This document shows positions 12,643 through 25,857 of a DNA stretch of 64,000 bases, piece by piece. Each line of letters opens with the position of its first letter. Position 1 is the stretch's first letter. This DNA comes from Camelus dromedarius (lineage: Eukaryota): assembly GCF_036321535.1 (NCBI RefSeq), contig NC_087437.1, forward strand, positions 47,494,001 through 47,558,000. Direction: 5' to 3'. The position numbers and the translations under genes are program-made. The notes beneath the pieces were generated by a model. The model saw nothing but the letters and a program-made list of their open reading frames with translations. It was not told the DNA's origin and searched no databases.

Positions 12643-15600
12643 TATTGGCAACAGACTTCTTTACAACATGTAATAATTTATAAATGCTGATTAAATTTTT
12701 ATTCTTGCCAAATGCATTAATTATTTTTGGTCACTAAAAATACATATCCCTGAACCTGCCACACATATGAATTTCATTTGGAGACAGTTGAGATATTATA
12801 AATTGTATATAAATTATATCAAGAGTGACACTCAAACACACACACACATACACACACATGCAAAAATAATTATACATAGAAATCAGGAGATACGAATTCA
12901 GATCCCAACCTCACCACAAGTGTGTGTCCTTGGGCAGGTCTCAGTCTTTTGGGGCCTTAGTTTCCTTATCTGTAACATAGATGAATTGTATTGTGTGCTC
13001 TACATGGCACTTAGTGATCTAACCTTAAAATCCTATGAGTACTAAAAATATTGGCTTTGGGAAATCTGAACCTCTTTGGTTCAAAACCTGGCTTCTATAC
13101 TTACTGGCATGATTACTTTGGACAGAATTCCTAATCTGTATAGTGGGAGTAATTGCTACTTAGCAGGGTTGTTATTGTTTTTGTTGTTGAATTAAATGAG
13201 ATAGTGTAGATCCAAGAAAGTTTTTGTCCTGGATCAGGTGTTTAATACATGTTCATTTCCTTTACCCTTAGGAGGTGTTAGAGCTCATGAGTGGACTTAT
13301 CTGAGATAAGAAAAAAGACACAGTTTATGTAATAAACCCTATCTTCCACTTTGCTGACTGCCAGTTTTACAGGTGTGACTAGGGACCAAAAACCGCATGG
13401 CTTTTAGTTTCATTTTCTTAGAAACCTGTTCCACTGTCAAACACCCAGGTGTTAGTCAACCTGCTTGGAAAATAATTATGCCTAGAGGTTTGAACCATGA
13501 CAAATAATACATAATATGGAGGAAGGGAGAATCTAAACTGATGACCTTAAACCATCTCCAAAAAAATGTAAGCTCAGACTTAACTGTTCCAAAAGAATGG
13601 AACAAATTAAGACTAAGGATGATTTACAAAAGAAGACCCAGAGATTTTGGTGAAATCTCTGTTCACCAAACTTTAAAATTCAGGGACAGTATTTTGGAAC
13701 TTCTAGGAGATAAAGAAGTATACCTCTGGTCAGGACCAATTTCAGAAGATAAGAATGTTCTTGATGTCAGATTAAGCAGTTACAGTATCAGTTAGCAGAC
13801 TGAAGTGATTGATATTTTTCTCTATTTGGGAGCCATGTATCTTAATTTTGTATAGTTATTTTAACCTTTATTTGGTAATAGAAAGTAACCTTATACACAA
13901 TATAATAATATCTCTGCTGAAGTTTCTTGATACCAGTCTTATTTTTGTATAAAGCAAATTAACCTATTTGAGTTTTCCTTAAGTTTATGTATAAAATGAA
14001 CTCTATCAATCTTTTTAGAAAAAAATTATAATAAAAATTAAAAACCATGGGTAGGAAAAAATGAAGTCTTAGAGTGTGAAAAAGAAACCTGAGTCAACAC
14101 AATAAAGTCTGAGGATTCAACTTACAGTCTTGAGATTTCCAGCATTCGGAAAGGTCACTTAACCTTAGATATACTGATAATGTTTTATAGCTATTTATAT
14201 TATTCACATTTAATCTCTTATTAATACAAATCAATTGATGTAGGTTAATGAATTTTTAGATGTTCTGTCTCCCCCTACCCAACTATGCCATTTGGAGAGT
14301 TTAAAGTTAAAATGCTTCAATACAAAGTTTGTAAGTTTGTAGTAGAAGTGGTGGCTTAGAGCTTTTTCTTTAAGGTTAACGTTTCTTAACAGTGAAACTC
14401 TTAAGTACGGATTTTAGCACTTTGGTCTGGATGGCTGAAAGACTAAATTCCAATCCCAAAGTGCTACTTTGTTTGGGGAAAAGGAGGCAGATATCTCTCA
14501 TCTTTGCCTCTTTTCCTGCAATAATACAGTAGGAATTGCAGTATGCTGCTTGCTGAGTAATTCATATGATTAACAAGATAATTTAAATGATCCAAATTGC
14601 ATAAAATTATTTAAGGAAACATAAATACATATTAATCATTATGTTAAATTTATATTAATAGAAGAATAATATGTTTCTTTTTTTTTCAAATTTCAAATTG
14701 GATCTCAAGTATATTGGTATATATGTAAGGAATAACATGTTTCATTTTTGGCCCCCAAAACTTACTTATACTGTATCATTTTAGTAGTTAGCTTGATAAT
14801 TTATCTGAATTGTGCTCATTTTTAAGAGGTTAAGTTTTAGTAACTTTTAGTATATAATTGCAGTTGTTACAAAGAAGTCTCTGTATCAGGGCCAGCATTG
14901 CCATTTGAAGTAAGTGTGAGATTTAAAAACAGAAAAAGGTTAAAAATTCTTGCAGACTATGCTTATCTGGTCTGGTACACTTCAGATTTTAAACATTTGT
15001 ATAGTGGAAGCCAAAGAAGTTAGTGTTGTGATGTGACAAAAGCTGCGCTAGGGATAGAATCATTCTGTTCTAATCATAACTCACCTGGAGTTATTAAGAT
15101 TCAGTGGAGAGATACATCTTATAAAGTACTATAGAGATTTAAGGCAATATTAAGACGATAATTTTAAGCATAAATTATTTAACAAGAGGAGACAATGTTT
15201 GTGTTCATTCTTGTGTCCTCGGCATCTAGCATAGTGCCCAAAAGTAGGTGATCAGTAAGTGATCTTTTTGCAGTAGAATCATAATTGTGTATCAAAATAC
15301 TTTTCATATCTTTTTATTAGTTAGTAGCTATATGCTTTAAGCTATCTGAAAAGTAGGTAAATTGCTATGTGCCAGTCTTAGTTTATTATTTACTGAGTAT
15401 AGTTATGAAGGATACAGGAAATAATTTTCTGTAAGTTATTGAGTAGTTGCCTATTCCTATTGATGTTTGTGGACATTTTTAACAAAGATTGATAGGTTAG
15501 GAGAGACTGTGTCCTAAAAGAGCACTGAATCAAGAGTCCAAAAATCTAGATTCTGTATTGAACCAGCTGTTTGGCCTTAGATCTTGACCTTTCAGCACTT

Positions 15601-17475
15601 GCTTGTTCACCTGTAAAGTTTCTGATATTCTTTATCATTGCTAAATTCTCTGAGATTCGTAGCATTTTAAAGTCTTATGTCTGATTTCAGGGAAGCGTAA
15701 GGAAGCCACTTCCTAGAGGGAAGATAGTCTATCTCAGTTTGTTGTATTTTCAGATGCTAAAATCTTTTTATATGCCTGATTATAAATTTGCACATATTTG
15801 AAGTCCCTTATATAAAATTCTGTGGCAGAGAAGAGCTGCCATCAGAAAAGAATGGACTAGAAAAATTTTTTTTCTTCCCAAAATCATCAATGACTTTGAA
15901 GGATCAGACTTACTGCAGGCATGGCCATTTTGGTTGCTGGCACTGAGAGCAGTTAGATGACAGGCATTGAGAGTAGATCATCCATTGCACACAGTTGCCA
16001 GGGTTATGAAGGCCAGCAAACCTGTCACAGCAGCCTTAATAGCCACTGGACACCATCCTTACTTGTTAAAGACTTCTAGGAAAATATGTTCCATAATTTC
16101 CTTTGGTAACCCATCCCACTAGATGGTTTTCAGAAAATAGGTTCTAATCTTAGAAACATAATTCCAGAGGCATAGCAAGCCTCTTTTTTCTAGATGTCTG
16201 TTGTGCAGACAAATATATGGAAAGATGACAAAAATAATTGTCCTTGATCAGAAGGCAGTAGTGTGTATGTCATTGATTTGTTGTTTCTATAAGTATTCAA
16301 ATTACTCACCTTCAACTTTTGAATATTTTTTAACCTGCAAACTGTTCAGGTAATGAGATATTATTTAGAGTTATTTTGAGTATGTACTCATTTTTCAACA
16401 AGCTAAGCAGATTTCTGTGGCTTATTTTTCTTTTACAGATTGTAGTTTTCCAAGTACTTTTCTGATGAACTTACTGCAGGTCTAGACCTGAAAGTAACAT
16501 TGCATTTTGAAACAATTGACTGCCTTTAGCCTAAAAGCAAGTGAATTGTGTGTTTTCCTTAGGAGGTTAACTTCTTGGCACGTACAAAAACCTTGGAGTT
16601 TTTCCCTTAGTAAGCTACTATTCTGGAATGTAGATTTACAGAACATGTAATCAAATGTAAAGCAACATCAATGGAAAAATTTGGGAGGAAAAGATTGAAA
16701 TTAGGTACTACTATGAAGTCTGATCTAAAATCAAACCATACATGACAGCAAAAAAGGAAAAACTATCACACTATCATTTTTATACATATTATATATATAT
16801 ATATTAGTAATAACATCATTTTAAAGTCATTTTCCACATGAAGATTTCCTTAAAATCTAATGGCTATTATTATTTGCAATTGAGAACTTGATAGGCAGCA
16901 TCTTAAAGTATTTATGAAAGTAATGTTTATATTCTTTTTCTTTAACTATGTGCCAGTTGTAAAAATTGAACTTGGCTTTATCAAAGCAATTTCTGTGCTT
17001 GTCTTCATAATTACAATGGTAGTAAAACTCAGTGCAACTTATAATATTAATAATTTTATAGTGTGGAGACTGGTAGTTTCTTTGTTTTTTCTTCACTGGA
17101 AGTGACCAACTTTTAGCTTTCTTAGCGATAATGTAGTACTTCAGATTTCCTCAAAATCTATGCAATTAAAGCCTGCTCTTTTTACAGCCATGTGATGTTC
17201 ACAGACACAGCTAATATACAGCTAAATGATCTACTAATGAACAACTACTAAAGCACAGCTAAATGAATCATGTGATGGTCTTTTGTTGAGTATAAATATC
17301 AGACATAAATTGGTTGAGGACATTCCTCCTGCAAATAACTTTTTTCCCAGTCAGAATGGGGTCAACTAATCTGACAACTGTACAGAATATTTGAAGTCAG
17401 GAAAGGCTTAGAAAATCCACAAAATATTGTCAGTGTATGTAAGGTTCTTTAATTTAACTTTTCTTCTCCTAAATA

Positions 17476-17712
17476 TGTCGCAGCGGTTAAGACCATATAC
17501 TCTGAAGCCAGACTATCACAATTACTAGTTTTGTGTTTTGGGGCAGTTATTAACCTGTCTGGGCTAAATATTGTCTGGGTTAATACGTATTTCCTCATTT
17601 GTAAAAGAGGGATAATAACAATACTTACATAATAGCATTATAATAAAGATTAAATGACTAATACATGAAAGCATTTAGAACAATACTTAGCACATAGTGA
17701 GCACTCAGTGAG
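17476..17712 (+). mobile_element. MIR SINE, near full length
   Basis: GCGGTTAAGAC...CTCTGAAGCCAGAC, core TTTCCTCATTTGTAAAAGAGGGATAATA, end CACATAGTGAGCACTCA. Confidence 0.8.
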
Positions 17713-18630
17713 TATCTGTATGCTTCTTGAGAGCATGAACTATGTCATATTCATATGGATTTATTTAGGGGATTTAATGTTGTGTAGTGAATTGAATTCA
17801 GTCCCTTCTGAGGATTTGCTAATGGAGCCACTCTCTGGAGAGTGAATAACAAGGTTTCTTTCTAACAAGCTTCTTGACATTAATGCTTGGTTTTTGTTCT
17901 ATTATAACTTTTTTTTTTTTAAGTTTTGTTCTTACTCTGGGAATTTGAAGTTAGCATATGGAGATTTAACATTATAAGAATGAGGAATTCATGGACAGAA
18001 GTGAATTAAGTAAACAGAAGTACATTTTTCACAGCTGATCTGTGCTTCCTATGGATTTATTTTCCCTGTCCATTCCTAGAATCTCAGAATCCCCAGAAGA
18101 TACCTTTTTTCTCTTTTTTTAAATTGAAGTATAGTTGATCTACAATATTATATTAGTTTCAGATCTTCAAGTAGTGATTCAGTATTTTTCTAGATTATAC
18201 TCCTTTTTAAAGTATTATAAAATATTGGCTATATTCCCTGTGCTGTACAATGTATCCTTGCATTGTACAAACAATATATCCTTGTTTATTTTATACTTAG
18301 TAGTTTGTACTTCTTAATCCCCTGTCCATGTCTCTTCCCTTTCCCCACTGGTAACCACTAGTTCTCTATATTTGTGAGTCTGTTTCCATTTTTTTATATT
18401 CATTCATTTATTTTTTAGATTTCACATATAAGTGGTAACATATAGTATTTGTCTTTCTCTGTCTGACTTACTTTGCTAAGCATAATACCCTAGAGGTCCA
18501 TATTGTTGCAAGTGGCAAAATTCATTCTTTTAATGACTGAATAGTATTCCACTGTACGTATATACCACATTTTCTTTATCCATTCATCTGTTGATGGACA
18601 CTTAAATTGCTTCCATATCTTGGCTGTTTC

Positions 18631-18666
18631 ATGAGACTGACGTGCTACCTACTGCACTAACGAAGC
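18631..18666 (-). pseudogene. Retroposed 5' half of elongator tRNA-Met(CAT), tail-less
   Basis: Reverse complement GCTTCGTTAGTGCAGTAGGTAGCACGTCAGTCTCAT versus recalled tRNA-Met GCCTCGTTAGCGCAGTAGGTAGCGCGTCAGTCTCAT (33/36); TSD ATATCTTGGCT at 18615-18625 and 18671-18681. Confidence 0.85.
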
Positions 18667-19638
18667 ACCTATATCTTGGCTATTTTAAATAATGCTGCTA
18701 TGAACATTGGGGTGCATGTGTCTTTTCAAACTTGTTTTTTTATTTTCTTTAGATATATACCCAGGAGTGGAATTGCTGGGTCATATAGTAGTTCTATTTT
18801 TACTTTTTTGAGGAACCTCCGTACTGTATTCCACAGTGACTGCACCAATATGCATTCCTACCAACAGTGTATAAGGGTTCCTTTTTCTCCGCATCCTCAC
18901 CAACATTTGATATTTGTGTTCTTTTTGATCATAGCTTCTCTGACAGGTGTGATATTACATCTCATTGTGATTTTAGTTTGCATTTCTCTGATGATTAACA
19001 ATCTTGAGCATCTTTTCATGTGCCTATTGGCCATCTGTATGTTTTCTTTGGCAAAATGTCTATTCAGCTCTTCTGCACTTTTTTTAATTGGGTTGTTTTT
19101 TTTTTTTTTTGATGTTGAGTTGTATGAGTTATTTATGTATTTTAGATATTAACCCCTTATCAGTCATGTTATTTGCAAACCTTTTCTCCCGTTCTTTAGG
19201 TTATCTTTTCATTTTGTTGGTGGTTTCCTTTGCTGTCCAAAAGCTTTTAAGTTTAATTAGGTTTCATTTGTTTATTTTTGTTTTTATTTCCTTTGTCTTA
19301 GGAGACAGATCCCCCAAAATATTGTTATGATTTATGTCAAAGAGTGTTCTGCTTATGTTTTCTTCTAGGAGTTTTATGGTTTTCAGTCTTACATTTAGGT
19401 CTTTAATCCATTTTGAGTTTATTTTTGTATATATGATGTGAGAAAATGTTCTAATTTCATTCTTTGACATGTTGCAGTCCAGTTTTCCCAGCACCACTTA
19501 TTGAAGAGACTATCTTTTCTCTATTGCATGTTCTTGCCTCCTTTGTCATAGATTAATTGAACATAGGTATGTAGATTTATTTCTGGGCTCTGTATTCTGT
19601 TTCATTGATCTGTCTATTTTTGTACCAACACCATACTG

Positions 19639-19747
19639 TTTTTTTTTTTTAAGAAAATATATGTCCTTTTATTATCTCTGAGAAAGATATGTAGCTTTTA
19701 AAAATTGAGGTATGGTTGATTTACAGTTTTGTGTTAGTTTTGGGTGT
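19639..19747 (-). mobile_element. L1 3' tip with a short 3'-transduced segment, nested in the larger L1
   Basis: TSD CAACACCATACTG (19626-19638) / CAATACCATGCTG (19748-19760); poly-T, about 45 nt of non-L1 sequence containing TTTATT, then about 50 nt of L1 terminus. Confidence 0.7.
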
Positions 19748-20968
19748 CAATACCATGCTGTTTTGATTACTGTAGCTTTGTAGTATGGTCTTAAGTCAGG
19801 GAGTATGAAACCTTCAGCTTTGTTCTCTTTTTCTCAAGATTGCTCTGACTATTTGTGGTTTTTTGTGGTTCCATATAAATTTTAGAGTTGTTTGTTCTTG
19901 GAAGATGTCATGGGTATTTTGATTGGGATTGCATTAAGTCTCTAGATTGCTTTGAGTAGTATGGGCATTTTAACAACATTAATTCTTCCAGTCTGATACA
20001 TGCATGCACTTGCATAAGACAGGATATCTTTCCATTTCTTTGTATCATCTTCAGTTTCCTTCATCAGTGTTTTATAGTTTTCAGAGTATGGGTCTTTTAC
20101 CTCCTTGGGTGTATATTCCTAGGTATTTTATTCTTTTTGATGTGATTTTAAATGGGATTGTTTTCTTGCTTTGTCTTTCTGATAGTTAATTATCAATGTG
20201 TAGGTAGGCAGCAGATTTCTGTATATTAATTTTATATCCTGCAACTTTACTGAATTGATTTATTAGTTATAATGGTTTTTGTGTGGAAACTTTAGGGTTT
20301 TCTATATATAGTATCACATCATCTGCAAATAGTGACAGTTTTACTTCTTCTCTTCTAATTTGGATGCCTTTTATTTCTTTTTCTTGTCTAGTTGCTGTGG
20401 CTGGAACTTCCAGTACTGTGTTGAACAGAAGTGGCAAGAGTGGGCATCCTAGTCTTGTTCCTGATCTTAGAGGAAAAGCTTTCAGCTTTTCACCATTGAT
20501 TATGATATTAGCTGTGGGTTTGTCATATAAATGGCCTTTATTATGTTGAGATATATTTCCTCTGTATCAACTTTGCTGAGAGTTTTTATCATAAATGGAT
20601 GTTAAATTTTGTCAAATGCTTTTTCTGCGTCTATTGAGATTATCATATGGGTTTTATCCTTCCTTCTGTTAATGTGGTATATCACATTGATTTGTGGATA
20701 TTGAATCATCCTTGCCTCCATGGTGTAAATCCCACTTGATCATGGTATATGATCCTTTTTATATATAGGTGAATTCTGTTTGCTAATGTTTTGTCAAGGA
20801 TTTTTGCATCTATATTCATCAGAGATATTGGCCTGTAATTTTCTTTTTTTGTACTGTCACTGTCTGGGTTTGGTATCAGGGTAATAGTGGCCTCATAGAA
20901 TGAATTTTGTGGTGTTTCCTCCTCTTCAGTTTTTTGGAATAGTTTAAGAAGGAAAGGTATTAGCTCTT

Positions 20969-20974
20969 TTTTTA

Positions 20975-21024
<50 letters not shown>

Positions 21025-21470
21025 ATTGAAGTATAGTCAGTTTACAATGTTGTGTCAATTTCTGGTGTACAGCATAATGCTTCAGTCATACATATATTTG
21101 TTTTCATATTCTTTTTCACCATAGTTCATTGTAAGATATTGAATATAGTTCCCTGCACTATACAGTATGAACTTGTTGTTTATTTTATATATATTAGTTA
21201 GCATCTGGATATCTTGAACTCCTAATTTATCCCCTCCCTCCCCCCACTTCCCCCACCCCCTCGGTAACCACAAGTTTGTTCTTTATGTCTGTGAGTCTGT
21301 TTCTGTTTTGCAAATAAGTTTGTTTGTCTTTTTTTTTAATTCCACATATGAATGATATCATATCATAATTTTCTTTCTCTTTCTGGCTTACTTCACTTAG
21401 AATGACAATCTCCAGGTCCACCCATGTTGCTGCAAGTGGCATTATTTTATTATTTTTTTATGGTGGAGTA
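20969..21470 (-). mobile_element. Younger L1 3' fragment nested in the larger L1; tail region is (TG)n(TA)n
   Basis: Minus ORF 21227-21442 MPLAATWVDLEIVILSEVSQKEK is the ORF2 C-terminus; perfect TSD GTATTAGCTCTT at 20957-20968 and 21471-21482. Confidence 0.9.
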
Positions 21471-24400
21471 GTATTAGCTCTTCTTTATATGTTTGATAGA
21501 ATTCCTCTCTGAAGCCCTCTGGTCCTAGACTTTTGTTTGCCCCCAGCAGATACTTTAAAAGCACTCTGCTACTGAAGCAGTACTTGTTTCATGCTACTAG
21601 GTATTTCCTTCCCTTGTCTTTCTTCATACACTAAGTAGTATTTGTGTCATATTGTCGTATGGTCTGTGTGTTACATGGCTTTTGTAGAATTCTCAGGTCA
21701 TGTTTTAAAGCTTCTTATATCTATCTCACTTCTCTCTTGTACTTTCTATGAAGTCTTTAATACAGATTTAACTCTTTTGTATATCATTCTGATACCTAGT
21801 TTACCCTGACTAGACATTGTATAAAACTTATATGTCATTTATGTGAAAATAAGGAAAGCAGCCACGTGTTTTGAATATTTCCATCGATTCAGTCTCTTAA
21901 GTCTTTGCCTTAATCACTAAAGTAGCTGCCTGGCATCTTTGATGCAGATTTCTGCGGCATCGTCTACCTGGTTTCAGTACTGTTGTTGGCACCTTATGTA
22001 AGTGAGATTATTAGTTTGTATTTAAGTTTTTGGTAACTATATGTGAGGTTATGTTTTCTTACCTCTTACTTTTCAGCAGTTTTTAGATTGCTCTCAGTGT
22101 CACACAAGGTAACTTATTTTTCTCAAGTTGATAATCCCATAGTCTTTCTCTCTCAGTAAAACCCACACACTTTTAAAAACTACATATATTATTATAATTA
22201 ATTTATACAGAAGTTGCTTTAGAAAGTATCTAATTTTTGGCATAGTCGTTCAGCATTTTTCATTGTTACTTGCTTTTAAAGAATTATTAAGTATACTCCC
22301 AGACATTTTTTATACATGTAAAACTATAGAATTTTGTATCTTTTGGGTGGTGGTGGTGGTAGGCACAATGAAAAATTAAAAAATAAAAACACAACAGTAG
22401 ACTGCCCTTGTGCAATAATGAACTTACTGACAGCCTGTGGGAGAAAATGTCCTTGATTTTCAAAATGTACACTTTAGTATGTATATTGTGAGTTACCTCA
22501 GACCCAAACTTTAGTATCATGAATCTGGGAAAGGAGAATATTACAGACTTTATGTTATCTCCCTTCATCTTCACAAATAGCGCTCCAATACACATTGTCT
22601 CTCCATTTCACAGATTAGAAAACTGAAGTTCCACATCTAATCAGTAAACAGTGGACTCCCATTACATTTAATTTACATGAATTTAATTGTACACACTCAG
22701 CAAAAAGTAAAAACACGAGAAAAGTAATTATTTAAAGAGTGCATTCATATCCCACTGCTGAGCTTTTGCTTTAAAGTAGACATGTGATTTAAGATGTGAC
22801 TTTGCTGTCACCTCAGTGGATCTCATTGTGTAGGTATGAACTCACTTTGTTGAGTATGATTCTGTTACTCAGACATACGTAATGTTTATACAGCATGGCC
22901 TCTAATACCAAGTCTCCGGTGCTGAACCAAAAAAACCAGCAGTTGGTCCCATTGCTGGAAGAAAACTGTTGTTTTAGACTTGCTAAGCAATTGTGTTGAT
23001 TTCCAAGATGGCCTGCAGTTATGGCCACAACAAACTATTATCTATGCATGTGCATTCTCTCTGATACATGCATGCACATGCATAAATCCACAGCATTTTA
23101 AGTACTACATGTATTTTATATATTCCATATATAATTTTGTTGTATTCTAGATTGCTGAATATGTATTATATCTTTTCACAAAACATTTCTGTACAAGGTG
23201 GTATAAAAAAATGTACATTGTAAGTTAAGAGTGATTTAAGAGTTTTCAAGGAAAGTGGTGAGTGTGTAAGTCCACAGACTATGTTTGTGCTGTTTGCCAC
23301 CATAAACCCAGGGTCTAGCATGTTAACAAGCACAAGGTTTATTGACTAAATGGGGAAAAAATGTTTAATTATTCAGCTACTTTTTAAAAAAAAATACAGA
23401 TATACATATATGGATCATATTTTCTCAGTCTTAATTTTTGAAAGCACTTTGAAAAATCTGCTTTATTCCTCAGATGGATTACTCTTAAGTCATATTAGAA
23501 CAATACAGAAAACAGAACATTAGAAATTACAACTATCTCACAACATCTGGTACTAATGTGACCACTGGACTTACTGTTATTTATGTTTCTTTCTCCCATC
23601 TGTTCTTTTATATGTATATGGATTTGCTAAAGGAAGCACAACCACACTAGGCAGAATTTATTTTGTGAAAACTCTGAGTAGGTTTCTGCTAACTCTTTCA
23701 CCTAGAGAAGTGGAAAGTCTAAGGATAGAAAATGTAAATAAGATGACAAATCTACGTGTTACTCTTATCTCCATATGTCATATTCATCCCCTTTATGCAA
23801 ACACTTTGTGAATCCCTGTCAGATCTGTCTGGGGAAAGAGAACTTCCCCTAGATCCTTGGAAAGAGAAAAGTGTACCCCTGAGCTGCCACGTGCTATTTT
23901 TTTTCTAGCTGGCCTAGAAGACATGATCATTGGGCTGAGAAGACATGATTTCTCTCTTACACTGGGGAGAGGGCAGAAAGAAAAGGTTTGATGTGGTAAG
24001 ATGGGACGTTTGCTTATAATTCTACATCAGAACCAAAATATCTAACCTGCCTACTAACTGCATGACACTGAATAAAACCACTTACGTTTTATGAGGCGGA
24101 AAAGTTGATACTGAATGGCTAGTGACTGAAAGAGTTATTTCCAGGGTGTTGTATTCCAGAAATGAGCTTGTGCAAACAGACTTTTAAGAACATAGAACTC
24201 AAATAAAATAATAACTGTAAATAAAATAGGAGCAAAAATAATTCAATAGTATATTAAGTGCTGTGTCTTCCATAGAAATACGTAGTCAGAAGACTATTGC
24301 TTATGAAAAATTTATAGTAATTTAAGGAAATGTTTTTCAAGTGAAAAAAAGCAAGATACAAAATTACTATGCTGTATGAGCACAACTATATAAACCAATG

Positions 24401-25189
24401 AAGTAAACTAAAAAATATGTGTAGTAAAAAAAGCTGTAAGACACTACTACATCGAAAAATGATAATGATTGTATCAGATACATTTTTGACTGTTTTGTTT
24501 TCCTCATTCATCCATGCACCACGTACTCTGTGTAGGTACAGAGCACAGTCCCAGGATCTTAATAGACACTTAAGTCAGTATTTAAGTGAATGAATTTCTA
24601 TAATAAGCATGAGTTACTTTTGCTTTGAAAGAGATATGAATACAGTCGACATCTAAGTTAAGGAGAGTGTGGGAAGTGTTCTAGAAAGGAACCTGGTTAA
24701 TAATACCTTACACTTAGACTTCCAGTTTTGAAAATGTTTTTACATTTCTATTTTATATGATTTTCTGTTCATAGCATCACTACTTAGCCAAATTAGAAAT
24801 TTCTGTTAACCTTGGACTCTATCATCTCTGACCTATCAAAACAAAGCCAACTGATCACCAAATCTTGGGTATTTTTCCGGAAAATGCCTCTTGATTTCAT
24901 CTCCATCTTTTCTCACAGTCACTGCCTTAGTTTAATCTTTTCTTGTATCACAGTTGTATCCCAACCAGTCTCTCCACTTTTCTACTCCTCTCTCTTTTAC
25001 TTTCCACACTGCCACCAGAATTTTCAGACATGTAAATAATCAGCAGAATTTCGTGTATGTCCTGTAATAAATAGGTTCTGTGGAAGAAGGCAAAGAAGAG
25101 ATTGGCACTGCTTCCATGCTCCTGCCAAAGTATTACCCTACAATACAAACTTGATCTGCTTAATGTTTTGTAATTCCTTGTGATCTACA

Positions 25190-25373
25190 TTGCTGCTTCT
25201 CAAGCTTTAGGTGTATTAGAATCACCAGGGGGAACTTGTTAAAATGTGAATTACCCAAACCCTAGAAATTCTGATTCGGTGGATCTCTGGGCCTGGAAAC
25301 ATACATTTTAACAAGCTTCCTGCTCTTAAGCCTACTACATGTGACTCCGAGATAAGATTTTGAGGAACACTGA
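25190..25373. mobile_element. MER5A-like hAT-Charlie MITE
   Basis: TTCTCAAGCTTT...TTAGAATCACC...CTTGTTAAAAT...ATTCTGATTC...TTTGAGGAACACTG. Confidence 0.7.
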
Positions 25374-25399
25374 CCTCAAAGTAGAGTGCAGTCTCATTC

Positions 25400-25857
25400 A
25401 TTTACTGTAATTCTTCTCACAATTTGGCACCGTACTACTTTTCTGTGCACATTTTCTACACTATCCCTCACTGAACACCTTGCAGTCTAGCCATTGGGAA
25501 CTGCCTCAGACTCACCTGGGCCTTACTGGACTCCTGTGCTTGTGCTCATGCTGAGCCCCTTTTGCTGTGGCTGCTTCCATCCAGTAACTTGTTTACCTGG
25601 CATACTCTCTTCAGCTTATGCGTACTCTGTGTAAAGTGTTCCTGGACTTGCTCTCCTAGGCAGAGGTGATCTCTCCCTCTGTACTTCCGTAGCCTCTATT
25701 ACAGCACACACACTAAGCTATATGCTTACTTATTTACATATTTGTCTTCCTCAATAGACTGTGAGCCTCTTGAGGTCAGGAATGCCATTTTATTTATCTT
25801 GTACCTCTAACATAAGCTCGGCACATAATTGCTTAATAAATGTTTGTCATATGAATA
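25400..25857 (+). mobile_element. L2 LINE 3' end
   Basis: TAGACTGTGAGCCTCTTGAGGTCAGGAATG...AATAAATGTTTG; boundaries approximate. Confidence 0.65.

Larger units (their letters stand above)
18104..21540 (-). mobile_element. 5'-truncated L1 (ORF2 RT/C-terminal region and 3' UTR), antisense in PIK3CA intron 1, with nested insertions
   Basis: Minus ORF 19264-19497 [26 protein letters not shown] is L1 ORF2; T-tail at left; TSD CCCCAGAAGATAC (18091-18103) / CCCCAGCAGATAC (21541-21553). Confidence 0.92.

Noticed and set aside
13541..13795. 84-aa ORF with protein-like composition
   Set aside because: No recognisable homology, splice context or retrocopy hallmarks
18676..20549. Hydrophobic plus-strand ORFs resembling membrane proteins
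   Set aside because: Antisense translations of L1 ORF2/3' UTR
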